DNA of 64,000 bases, taken from Octopus vulgaris. Lineage: Eukaryota. This document shows, in pieces, positions 31,640 to 43,935 of the stretch. The stretch spans positions 63,736,001 through 63,800,000 of the forward strand of contig OX597819.1 in the NCBI GenBank assembly GCA_951406725.2, given 5' to 3'. Numbering within the stretch: the first letter of the stretch is position 1; each line of letters starts with the position of its first letter. The position numbers and the translations under genes are program-made. The notes under the pieces were generated by a model. The model ran no database searches, was not told the origin of the DNA, and saw only the letters and a list, made by a program, of their open reading frames with translations.

Positions 31640-31674
31640 CAGTTGAAAAGTCTCAATGATTGAAACCGGTACTG
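31640..31674 (+). ncRNA. Degenerate minimal hammerhead ribozyme
   Basis: CAG-TTGAAAA-GTC-TCAAT-GAT-T-GAAAC-CG-GTA-CTG with palindromic stem III ACCGGT; the core has two mutations. Confidence 0.45.
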
Positions 31675-31737
31675 AAAAGATTTTTATAAAATTATTTTAA
31701 TATTTTCTACCTTGATTTTTTTCCATATATATATATA

Positions 31738-32280
<543 letters not shown>

Positions 32281-32334
32281 CGTATGTATACATATATATA
32301 TACGCACACAAACACATGCATTTACATATATATG

Positions 32335-32365
<31 letters not shown>

Positions 32366-32448
32366 TTGTATATAGATAGATATAAGTATATACATATGTA
32401 TGTATACATATGTATATATATATATATGCGTATATATGTATAAATGTA

Positions 32449-32493
<45 letters not shown>

Positions 32494-33198
32494 GTGTGCG
32501 TGTGTGTGTTTATACAATTTTTATAAACATTTATCTAAACCTTTTACCATTTCATGCAGCGTAGTATAGTTTAATAACGTTCTCTTATCTCTCGCTGAAT
32601 AAAATCTCATGAATTTTACTTTACAAAAACAAAGAGATTCACATCAAATGATATCAATATTGTAACCGCAACAGCTAATGATAGTTTAGGGGATTATTTT
32701 ATGTTATTGATGGTAATGTTCCGTGTATTGGCAGCGTTGATGTCACAAAGGCTAAATTAATTCAAACTAGAGAGAAATAGAAAAGAAGAGAGAGAACCGA
32801 AATGAAAGAAGTAGATAGCGTCGAGAAACTGATTGGTGGTGGAGAATTGTCAGTGATCATACAGAATACCAGATGAGAATTCATGTATCAATCAACGTGT
32901 TACTCATTATATGTAAGCAATTACAAACACACAGGTATCACTAACACGCGAACATCCACTCTGATACATATGCGCGCCCATACAACACAAACACACACAC
33001 ATATACACGCACAACGACAGACGCAAACGCGCGCACTCACACACATACAGACACACAAACACGTGCACACATATGGACAGTGTTTATCATGTGGTTAGAA
33101 AAATTCATACCAAGCGTATACACATAGAGGTAATTAGTGCTTTCTGAGTAAAAGTCTACCGGCATTATATAAAATGTCATTTTGTTTCTATCTGTCTG

Positions 33199-33302
<104 letters not shown>

Positions 33303-33340
33303 CCTCTCTTTCTCTCTCAACATTTTCTATCTCTATGCTT

Positions 33341-33411
<71 letters not shown>

Positions 33412-33750
33412 CGCGGGTCTGCTAAGGAGCTTACTATCCAATAACATGGTCCCAGGTTCAGTCCCACTGCGTGGTATATTGAGGTACCTTTTCCTATAGC
33501 CTGTGACAACTAGAGATTTGTGAGTGGATTTGGTAGGTGGAAAATGAAAGAAGCCTTCGTAGAAACACACACACACACACATACACACGCATGCACACGT
33601 GTGTGTGTCTTTGAGCGTGTGTGTGTTTGCCCCTCGCTACCGTTTGTTTAAGAAGAAACTAAGTATGGTCGATTCATTCGAATACAAAATCTTCATGTCG
33701 ATGCTCCAGTATGGCGGCAGTCTGATGACAGATTTACATAAAAAAGAAAA
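33412..33750 (+). mobile_element. Octopus-type SINE, degenerate
   Basis: CCCAGGTTCAGTCCCACTGCGTGG B-box region and GAGTGGATTTGGTAG body. Confidence 0.75.
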
Positions 33751-33997
33751 CTGATATATATATAAATATATAATTAATCAATATAGGGTGGCAAAAAAAT
33801 TTTGTAGAATTCTTTTGCCACCAGCGGCCTAGTGGGAAAAAATTAAATAGTCATAAACCATTTTTAAGTTCAACATCACAATCAAGGAACGGCCATAATA
33901 GGCCATTCACCCACTAGAAATAACAGCCAAAAGCTTTAACCGCAAAATAACGTCAATTCCGTAAACCAGGAGAAAATTAAAAAACATTTACCCTGTA

Positions 33998-34104
33998 ATT
34001 TCTTAGACGATGCACCGTTTCATCTACTGTTTAATGGAAAACTAACCTGATTAAATTAAATCAAGCCAATCTACCATAGGCCCTTAGATTCATCAGTAAG
34101 AAAT
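33998..34104 (-). ncRNA. Type I hammerhead ribozyme with extended stem II (array copy 1)
   Basis: Reverse complement of the 36091-36197 motif. Confidence 0.85.
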
Positions 34105-34487
34105 AGCCAAGCCGGAACAGATATTTTTCACGAGGCATTCTCGTTGCTACCTCGTCAATATCTGACCTAAAATTTTCAAATCGTCGCACTCGCGCCAAAT
34201 TTATCGGCAGCAAATAAATATAAGCCGCCGATTCCATTACGGAATTAACCAGAAAATTCATAATTAATCAATATAGGGTGGCAAAAAAATTTTGTAGAAT
34301 TCTTTTGCCACCAGCGGCCTAGTGGGAAAAAATTAAATAGTCATAAACCATTTTTAAGTTCAACATCACAATCAAGGAACGGCCATAATAGGCCATTCAC
34401 CCACTAGAAATAACAGCCAAAAGCTTTAACCGCAAAATAACGTCAATTCCGTAAACCAGGAGAAAATTAAAAAACATTTACCCTGTA

Positions 34488-34594
34488 ATTTCTTAGACGA
34501 TGCACCGTTTCATCTACTGTTTAATGGAAAACTAACCTGATTAAATTAAATCAAGCCAATCTACCATAGGCCCTTAGATTCATCAGTAAGAAAT
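34488..34594 (-). ncRNA. Type I hammerhead ribozyme with extended stem II (array copy 2)
   Basis: Reverse complement of the 36091-36197 motif. Confidence 0.85.
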
Positions 34595-34976
34595 AGCCAA
34601 GCGGAACAGATATTTTTCACGAGGCATTCTCGTTGCTACCTCGTCAATATCTGACCTAAAATTTTCAAATCGTCGCACTCGCGCCAAATTTATCGGCAGC
34701 AAATAAATATAAGTCGCCGATTCCATTACGGAATTAACCAGAAAATTCATAATTAATCAATATAGGGTGGCAAAAAAATTTTGTAGAATTATTTTGCCAC
34801 CAGCGGCCTAGTGGGAAAAAATTAAATAGTCATAAACCATTTTTAAGTTCAACATCACAATCAAGGAACGGCCATAATAGGCCATTCACCCACTAGAAAT
34901 GACAGCCAAAAGCTTTAACCGCAAAATAACGTCAATTCCGTAAACCAGGAGAAAATTAAAAAACATTTACCCTGTA

Positions 34977-35083
34977 ATTTCTTAGACGATGCACCGTTTC
35001 ATCTACTGTTTAATGGAAAACTAACCTGATTAAATTAAATCAAGCCAATCTACCATAGGCCCTTAGATTCATCAGTAAGAAAT
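34977..35083 (-). ncRNA. Type I hammerhead ribozyme with extended stem II (array copy 3)
   Basis: Reverse complement of the 36091-36197 motif. Confidence 0.85.
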
Positions 35084-35466
35084 AGCCAAGCCGGAACAGA
35101 TATTTTTCACGAGGCATTCTCGTTGCTACCTCGTCAATATCTGACCTAAAATTTTCAAATCGTCGCACTCGCGCCAAATTTATCGGCAGCAAATAAATAT
35201 AAGCCGCCGATTCCATTACGGAATTAACCAGAAAATTCATAATTAATCAATATAGGGTGGCAAAAAAATTTTGTAGAATTCTTTTGCCACCAGCGGCCTA
35301 GTGGGAAAAAATTAAATAGTCATAAACCATTTTTAAGTTCAACATCACAATCAAGGAACGGCCAAAATAGGCCATTCACCCACTAGAAATAACAGCCAAA
35401 AGCTTTAACCGCAAAATAACGTCAATTCCGTAAACCAGGAGAAAATTAAAAAACATTTACCCTGTA

Positions 35467-35573
35467 ATTTCTTAGACGATGCACCGTTTCATCTACTGTT
35501 TAATGGAAAACTAACCTGATTAAATTAAATCAAGCCAATCTACCATAGGCCCTTAGATTCATCAGTAAGAAAT
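35467..35573 (-). ncRNA. Type I hammerhead ribozyme with extended stem II (array copy 4)
   Basis: Reverse complement of the 36091-36197 motif. Confidence 0.85.
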
Positions 35574-36090
35574 AGCCAAGCCGGAACAGATATTTTTCAC
35601 GAGGCATTCTCGTTGCTACCTCGTCAATATCTGACCTAAAATTTTCAAATCGTCGCACTCGCGCCAAATTTATCGGCAGCAAATAAATATAAGCCGCCGA
35701 TTCCATTACGGAATTAACCAGAAAATTCATAATTAATCAATATAGGGTGGCAAAAAAATTTTGTAGAATTCTTTTGCCACCAGCGGCCTAGTGGGAAAAA
35801 ATTAAATAGTCATAAACCATTTTTAAGTTCAACATCACAATCAAGGAACGGCCATAATAGGCCATTCACCCACTAGAAATAACAGCCAAAAGCTTTAACC
35901 GCAAAATTTTTTGGCACCCTATATTGATTAATTATGAATTTTCTGGTTAATTCCGTAATGGAATCGGCGGCTTATATTTATTTGCTGCCGATAAATTTGG
36001 CGCGAGTGCGACGATTTGAAAATTTTAGGTCAGATATTGACGAGGTAGCAACGAGAATGCCTCGTGAAAAATATCTGTTCCGGCTTGGCT

Positions 36091-36197
36091 ATTTCTTACT
36101 GATGAATCTAAGGGCCTATGGTAGATTGGCTTGATTTAATTTAATCAGGTTAGTTTTCCATTAAACAGTAGATGAAACGGTGCATCGTCTAAGAAAT
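36091..36197 (+). ncRNA. Type I hammerhead ribozyme with extended stem II (array copy 5)
   Basis: Stem I ATTTCTTA/TAAGAAAT; core CTGATGA; stem II closed by ATCTA/TAGAT around a long hairpin; GAAA; stem III ACGGT-GC-ATCGT; GUC cleavage predicted after 36189. Confidence 0.85.
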
Positions 36198-36571
36198 TAC
36201 AGGGTAAATGTTTTTTAATTTTCTCCTGGTTTACGGAATTGACGTTATTTTGCGGTTAAAGCTTTTGGCTGTTATTTCTAGTGGGTGAATGGCCTATTAT
36301 GGCCGTTCCTTGATTGTGATGTTGAACTTAAAAATGGTTTATGACTATTTAATTTTTTCCCACTAGCCGCTGGTGGCAAAAGAATTCTACAAAATTTTTG
36401 CCACCCTATATTGATTAATTATGAATTTTCTGGTTAATTCCGTAATGGAATCGCTATATTTATTTGCTGCCGATAAATTTGGCGCGATGCGACGATTTGA
36501 AAATTTTAGGTCAGATATTGACGAGGTAGCAACGAGAATGCCTCGTGAAAAATATCTGTTCCGGCTTGGCT

Positions 36572-36678
36572 ATTTCTTACTGATGAATCTAAGGGCCTAT
36601 GGTAGATTGGCTTGATTTAATTTAATCAGGTTAGTTTTCCATTAAACAGTAGATGAAACGGTGCATCGTCTAAGAAAT
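36572..36678 (+). ncRNA. Type I hammerhead ribozyme with extended stem II (array copy 6)
   Basis: Same motif as 36091-36197. Confidence 0.85.
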
Positions 36679-36800
36679 TACAGGGTAAATGTTTTTTAAT
36701 TTTCTCCTGGTTTACGGAATTGACGTTATTTTGCGGTTAAAGCTTTTGGCTGTTATTTCTAGTGGGTGAATGGCCTATTATGGCCGTTCCTTGATTGTGA

Positions 36801-36877
<77 letters not shown>

Positions 36878-37135
36878 TATATATATGTACATGCACACAC
36901 ATATATATAGCAACTTAGTAGATGATACTATGTATGTGCTTGTGCGCGAGAGTATGTGATTGTCTCTGTGTACGCATGTGTAAGCGAGGGATGTGAGCGT
37001 GTTAGTATTGCGTGTATTTGTAATTCTTTACATTTTCCGTCTCTGATTTTATTTATATATGTAAATGTGTATTCCGAATAAGTATACACACACAAATCAC
37101 ACACACGCATGCTTTTTTGTATTTTGATATATAGA

Positions 37136-37240
<105 letters not shown>

Positions 37241-37278
37241 ACATATATGTATATATATATATGCATATGTATATATAT

Positions 37279-38555
37279 CACGCACGTAAGACTTTTCTTT
37301 TCTATGACGGATCCCACTGGATCAACAAAAAATCTGTGACCCCCTTCGACGTCAGCATGGGTGCTAACGACTCTGCTGAAATAAGTGACCTAGTGGGCCT
37401 TTTCATCCTCCATAGGCTGAAAACCCTATTCACAGGCCTCTCCGGTGGTCTTTACCGAGATGACGGCCTTTTCGCCCTCCACAATATAAACCCCAGGACC
37501 ACGGATGGGTTCCGGAAAAATCTTCACACCTTCTTTAAAAACTTAGGCCTTAGGATTACCCTAGAATCCAACTTAACTAAGGCTAACTTCCTAGATGTCA
37601 CCCTCGACTTAAAAACCTCACTTTATTACCCGTACCACAAACCAAATGAATCCCTTAGATATATAGATATCAATTCCAACCACCCCAGAAATATATTAGA
37701 TAACCTAGTAAAAAGTGTCTCAATTAGAATCTCTAGCCTGTCCGCCACGGAAGATATCTTTAAGGCCGCAGCCCCCTATTACAACGAGGCCCTGGCCCGC
37801 AGTGGTTTTAAAGATAAGATTACCTACACTAGTATAGCCCCACGCCAACCCAGGAAAAATAGACGAAGACACATTAGCTGGTACAACCCCCCTTCAACCG
37901 TGAGGTCGCTACACCTGTAGCTAAGATCTTTTTCACTCTCCTACAGAAACACTTTCCCACCCAACATAAGTACTACACTATCCTAAATAAGAACACTATT
38001 AGACTCTCCTACTCTACCACGCCCAACCTAGCCAGGAACCTAGCCAACAACAATGTGAAAAAACTTAACATATCTACTTTCTCCGGGGCCCATCCAACGT
38101 CCGATAGCAATTGCAACTGCCATGATAAAACCACCTGCCCCCTCAACAACAACTGCCTACAGAGGGACCTAGTATATAAATGCGAGGTAAGATCAGGCCT
38201 TGACGATAAAAGTAAATCCTACATTGGAATGACGTCAAACAGCTTTAAGACCCGCTGGTATGCACATACACACTCGTTCCGGCGACAGGATAAATCCAAC
38301 CAAACTACCCTCGCCGCCCACATCTGGTACCTTAAAAGGAACTCAATCCCCTTCAAGACCAAGTGGAAACTACTACAGAAGGCGCGCTCGTACACAGGAG
38401 GACATACCTGCTGTGACCTATGCATATCAGAGAGCCTAGAGATCTTGTTCGCCAAAGGCCCTCTCCTTAACAAATTTTCAGAACACTCCCCAAATTGCAT
38501 GCATAAGAAGTACGCGAACTACAAGAACTATAGACCTACCCGGCAACCTGATTGA
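37279..38555 (+). pseudogene. PLE reverse transcriptase (C-terminal part) + Cys-rich linker + GIY-YIG endonuclease; one frameshift
   Basis: [67 protein letters not shown]...YIGMT..FKTRW..H and CDLC..E motifs. Adding one C to the C6 run at 37887-37892 joins ORFs 37135-37920 and 38055-38555 with no stop. Confidence 0.9.
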
Positions 38556-38782
38556 TGACAACCCCCCTACAACCCCCCCCCCAACCCCACTGTTCCCCTA
38601 GCACCCCCGATTACCTTTTCTCCTAAGACCTTTCACATATTATATGTGCACGCTTGTATATGTGTATCGTATGTATGTATGTATATATGTATAGAAATGC
38701 ATGGGTACAGTAGGAATATACGCATGTATTATGTGTGTGTGTGTGTATGTATGCATGTAAAAAATATATATGTATATATATT

Positions 38783-38831
<49 letters not shown>

Positions 38832-39202
38832 GCTTGTATGTGTGTGTGTGTGTATATGTGTATATGTGTTTGTATGTATATGTGTATATATGTATATGCA
38901 TATGTATGTGTAAGTGTATGTGCTTATGTATGTGTATGTATGTATAAAATATTATATAATTAGGGCTTAGGAAAATAAAATAAATTACTTTGCCACATAC
39001 TAAACTTTCTAGAAATAGCAGCCAATAAAGTTTTTTAGCCTCTTCCACTACTTAGAGAATTTTTTTCCCTCTAACTTTGTTTACTCAAAATAATAATGGT
39101 CCCTTTACATACTGAACACTTGATGAAATTGATTAATAACTAATTAACTTTACCCTCCCTTGTTGATATATATATACATATGTATATGTGTACATGTATG
39201 TA

Positions 39203-39243
<41 letters not shown>

Positions 39244-39745
39244 ATGTGTGTATGTATGTATTTGTATATGTGGGTGTGTATATGTATGTGTGCGCGTGTG
39301 TGTGTATGTATGTGTATGTATACTTGTATATGTATATGCATGAATGCATATATATGTGTGTGTATATGTGTATTATGTATGTATTTATATAGATATGTAG
39401 TTTATATATATATATGTATGTATATGCATCTGTCTGTGTGTGTGTATGTGTATATATGTGTATCATTTTTGCGTATGTATACATGTATATGTGTATATGT
39501 ATGTGTGTGTGTGTGTGTATATATGTATATATATATATATGTGTATATATATGTATATATATATATATGCATACGAATGTGTATGTACATGTATATATGT
39601 ATGTGTGTATATGTATATATGTTTATATATGTGAGTATGTAGTGATATAAGTATATGCATGTGTATGTATGGGTATGTGTATCAGTGTATATGTATATAT
39701 GTATGTGTGTGTGTATGTATATGTATGTATATGTGTATATATGTA

Positions 39746-39788
<43 letters not shown>

Positions 39789-39847
39789 ATGTGTGCGTAT
39801 GTATGTGTATGTGTATGTATGTGTATGTATGTCTATATATGTATATA

Positions 39848-39891
<44 letters not shown>

Positions 39892-40383
39892 TGCGTGTGT
39901 GTATGTATGCATATATGTATGTATGCATGTATATGTGTATGTATATATATGTGTGTAAGTGTGTGCATATATGTATTTGTAAGTATGTGTGCGCGTATGA
40001 GTATGTATGTATGCTTGCACACGTGTATATATATGTGTGTGTGTGTATATATATGGATGCGCGTGCGTGTGTGCACGTGTATGGGTACGCATGTATATGT
40101 GTATGTGCGTGTATGCGTATACGTGTATGTATGTATGTGTGTGCGTAGATTTGTATATGTATGTGTGAGTGTGTATATATATATATATGTATATATACAT
40201 ATATATTGATGGGTGTGTGTATGCGTATAAATGCATGTAAGTATGGATGTATGGATGTATGTATGTATGTATACGTATGTATGTGTGTATGTGTGTATGT
40301 ATATATATGTGTGTGTATATATGTTTGTGTATGTATATATATGTGTATGTATGTGTGTGTATATGTATGTGTGTATGTGTATG

Positions 40384-40421
<38 letters not shown>

Positions 40422-41306
40422 TATGTATCTGTATGTAGGAGTATATATATGTGTGTGTGTGTATGTATATGCGGGTATATATATATATATATGTATATTT
40501 ATTGGTGTATATGTATAGACTAGCCTCCTAAAGTGTAGACACGAATCTGTAGGTACGAGTACGTATGTGTATATACGTGAACGTATGTAGATGTTTGTAT
40601 GTATGAATATAACGCGTGCGTACGTGTATGTGTATGAGTGTACGAATGGGTGAATGTACGTGCTAATGAGTGTGCGTGCGGGAATGAGTACTTGCCTTCT
40701 AGTAGACAGACAAATGGACATGCAGCCATTGCCAGGATTCTTAGCCCTAGCGATCAAAGATAACAAAAGTAATAAATGAAGATAATAAAATTAAAATTAG
40801 GGAATGGGCCTGTATTGGATTGTATATATATATATATGTATATGTATATTTGTATGTATGTATGTGTGTATGTGTAGGTATGTATAGGTACACATGTGTA
40901 TGTGTATGTGTATGTATATATGTGTGTATGTATGTATGTGCACACATGTATATATGTGTATGCGTGTATATGTTTATATATATATATGTGTACATAGGTG
41001 TATGTGGGTGTATGTATATATAGGTGTAAAAAATATGTGTATATAGGGAACTAGGTGTGTTGTGTGTGCATGAGTGTATGTGCGTATGAATATATATTTT
41101 TATGTGTATATATGTATGTGTGGTCGTGGGTATATATATATATATATATACATGTGTGTATGCGTGCATGCATGGGAGTGAGTGTATGCATATATACGTG
41201 TGTGTATGTGTAGACAGGTATAGGCATGTGCATGTGTATAAATTTGTATATGTGGGCGGGTGTATGTATGTGTGTATGTAGATATGTATGTATGTGTGTA
41301 CATATG

Positions 41307-41343
<37 letters not shown>

Positions 41344-41736
41344 ATATATATGTGTGTGTGTATATATATGTGTATGTATGTATGTGTGTGTAGATACGTA
41401 TACATGTGTGTATAGGTATAAGTGAGAATCTCCTTATTTACCTATAACTCTATCCCCCCTTTTTTTATATATATATTTTTTTATATATATATTTTATATA
41501 TATATTTTTTTATATATATTTTTTATATTTTTTATTTTTTTATTTTTTTATTTTATATTTTTTTTTTTATTTTTTTATTTTTTTATTTATCTATTCTTTC
41601 ATCTAACTTACCACTGACTCCTTGACCACTCCCCCAAGTATGATATTTTGCGCTATGCCTACCCCCAAAAAGTCCCCCACCACCACTCCTTTAAACCTGC
41701 CTAAATGTATAAATGCTAATACAATTCTTGTTAAAT

Positions 41737-41787
41737 AGCTTCCTGAAGATTTCTCTTGAATGAAACAGTACTAGTCCTGTAGAAGCT
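41737..41787 (+). ncRNA. Type I hammerhead ribozyme of the PLE pLTR
   Basis: AGCTTC-CTGAAGA-TTTCTCTTGAAT-GAAACAG-TACTAGTC-CTGTA-GAAGCT: 6-bp stem I, intact core, stem III ACAG/CTGT with palindromic loop ACTAGT, GUA site. Confidence 0.85.
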
Positions 41788-41893
41788 CCTTCTATATAAT
41801 AAATTAATTTTACTCTGCTATGTATTGAGTACCTTACTTACTGTGGTTAACCCCGAATCAACCCGGGACCTACATATATATATATATATGTAG

Positions 41894-41944
<51 letters not shown>

Positions 41945-41945
41945 C

Positions 41946-41988
<43 letters not shown>

Positions 41989-42431
41989 CATATATATATA
42001 TATAAATTAAATTAGAGATAAAACCACTATCAGGCAAATCAAACAGTGAAAAACATAAACCAAAGCATAAAAATAAATATAATTGATATAATATACAAAT
42101 ATATATAATATATAAAATTAAACATTTTAATTTATACTTATAAATTTTTATATTTTTTAATATTTTTAAAATTTAAATTTATAAATTTTTAACCTTTTAA
42201 ATTTTTAATTTTTTAATTTATTAATTAAACATTTTTTTTTATAACTTTCAAAAAGTATTAAAAAACTTATTATAATATAATAAGTAAAACCACTACGAAC
42301 GTTTCATGGGCATAACCCAAATCGAATTACAATTAATTTAAATTCAATTAAAAGTTCGAATTATTATTATAGTCAATCTTCAGGTTAATGATAATAGTTA
42401 AATAAATAAGCAAAATACAAATTTATATGTT

Positions 42432-42471
<40 letters not shown>

Positions 42472-42494
42472 TATATTATATTTCAATGATATTC

Positions 42495-42886
42495 TTTTCT
42501 AGTGTAGGCACAAGGCCTGAAACGTTTGGGAAGGGGGCCAGTCGATCAACCTCAGCACGCAACTAGTACTTAATTCATTGACCTTGAAGGGATGAAAGGC
42601 AAAGTCGACCTCGGCGGAATTTGAACTCAGAACGTAAAGACAGACCTAATATCTATTTCTTTACTGCCCACAAGGGGCTACACACAGAGGGGACAAACAA
42701 GGACAGACAAACGGATTAAGTTGATTATATCGACCCCAGTGCGTAACTGGTACTTATTTAATCGACACCGAAAGGATGAAAGGCAAAGTCAACCTCGGCA
42801 GAATTTGAACTCAGAACGTACCGGCAGACGAAATACTGCTAAGCATTTCGTTCGGCGTGCTAACGATTCTACCAGCTCGCCGCCTA
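42495..42886 (-). mobile_element. Two nested or adjacent Meta-like SINE copies
   Basis: GATGAAAGGCAAAGTC.ACCTCGGC.GAATTTGAACTCAGAACGTA occurs twice; minus-strand head AGGCGGCGAGCTGG. Confidence 0.85.
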
Positions 42887-43803
42887 TTTTTCAATGATAT
42901 TGATGTGTTCATATTCGAACTAATTGTCTTAAAATTCGCTCACAGATATCTTTCCTTGTGGCAATAGTGTGTTATCTCAGATTCTGTAGATAGAATAGTA
43001 TCTGTTGTAATATTTGGTGATTCTGAAAGAAATTAGGATCAATATACCGAGATTTTTTTTTTGTCGAGAAAAGTCACGTATTGCAGAGCGAGACATATCT
43101 CTGGAATGGGAGAGTGAAGTGAAACGTATATGGAATTGGGTGTTGTTTAAGGAAATGTATTAGATTTTAACATAGTCTTTATTTATGGGCACCTCTTTTA
43201 CTCAAATAAAATTTGCCCACAAATGTAAGGTAATATCTTGAAACACATTTTTTCTTCACAATTTTAGCTCAGTCACGTTTTTTGAGGTGGAATGGAGTGC
43301 AAAAGAGTGCAACTAAAACGCGAGTAAGTATACGTATTATATATTTAAAACGTAATGGTATTGATATTCGCATGTGAGCTGTTGATAAACTGAGAAGTAC
43401 ACCTTCTTGGTTGTATTCGGAGAGATAAATAGTCAATACAGGACTAAACGTAAATATTTTCGTGAGAGTGGCAGGGGGATTCCCCATGTACTTTAAATTC
43501 TCACTGAAGTCAATCACTCTTCACTAGAGTCATATTGTAATTAGCTGTGCTCTGTCGAAGATGGTTCCGTTAGCTGAATATTTAAAGAGTCTCCTTTCAA
43601 GTGTCATTTCATCTAACCATTAGTTCAGTGTAAAATTTCTAAGGTCTTATTAAGTAATATGAACGGTATTCAATAGTTATGACTTGCGAATCTTTTTGCC
43701 GATCTGAATGCATCTGTATTAATAAAAGCAGAAGATAATTGGAGATCGGTTAAATTAATTATGATTCCAAAATTTACTAAAATATATATCAGTTCTTGCA
43801 CAT

Positions 43804-43935
43804 ACGCGGATGTGCTATAAAGTTCCTGGTTTGGGATAAAAGAAAATACAGGAGGATCAGTAAATTATGATTCTGTTCAACATATTCTCCTCTCAGATTG
43901 ACACACTTATTGTAGCGGTCCTTCAGTTTTCCCAA
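43804..43935 (-). mobile_element. Mariner 3'-end remnant
   Basis: KLKDRYNKCVNLRGEYVEQ matches the mariner C-terminus and is followed by a TIR-like end. Confidence 0.65.

Larger units (their letters stand above)
33771..36802. mobile_element. Retrozyme-like tandem array of ~490-bp HHR-containing units: ~4.4 units (HHR on -) plus ~1.85 inverted units (HHR on +)
   Basis: Units start at 33771, 34261, 34750, 35240 and 35730 and differ by only a few bases. Inversion at CAAAAT (35902-35907). One HHR per unit. Both ends join TA-rich/(TA)n sequence. Confidence 0.85.
37276..41873 (+). mobile_element. 5'-truncated Penelope-like retroelement, Naiad-type: RT + GIY-YIG, long low-complexity 3' region, HHR-bearing pLTR
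   Basis: Starts abruptly in a TA microsatellite at HARKTFLF and ends ...ACCCGGGACCTAC-(TA)n, the same terminus as the 15572 copy. Linking the ORF to this pLTR across 3 kb is an inference. Confidence 0.75.

Noticed and set aside
36031-36077. SECIS-like or second HHR-like hairpin (ATTGACGAGG...CCTCGTGAAA)
   Set aside because: The helix register pairs the A of UGA with U, so no tandem G-A quartet forms. HHR stems I and III are also absent.
35934-36134. Repeated 66-aa ORF (MNFLVNSVMES...) in the array units
   Set aside because: No recognisable domain. It overlaps the structured RNA and HHR and is broken by a 1-bp deletion in unit 2. Its recurrence only reflects the repeat. The frame-restoring indels in the 36421 copy may be consensus errors.
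33771-36802. CRISPR array or rDNA/5S/snRNA tandem cluster
   Set aside because: Units are identical throughout with no spacers, and I see no similarity to 5S, U snRNA or tRNA. The HHR explains the unit better.
37279-38558. Selenocysteine recoding, reported for some Naiad elements
   Set aside because: The corrected ORF has no internal in-frame TGA and all conserved Cys use TGY. The terminal TGA TGA lies after the last conserved motif.
39402-40766. 454-aa ORF and the many other YI/HT/CV-rich ORFs
   Set aside because: Translations of dinucleotide microsatellites that happen to lack stop codons.
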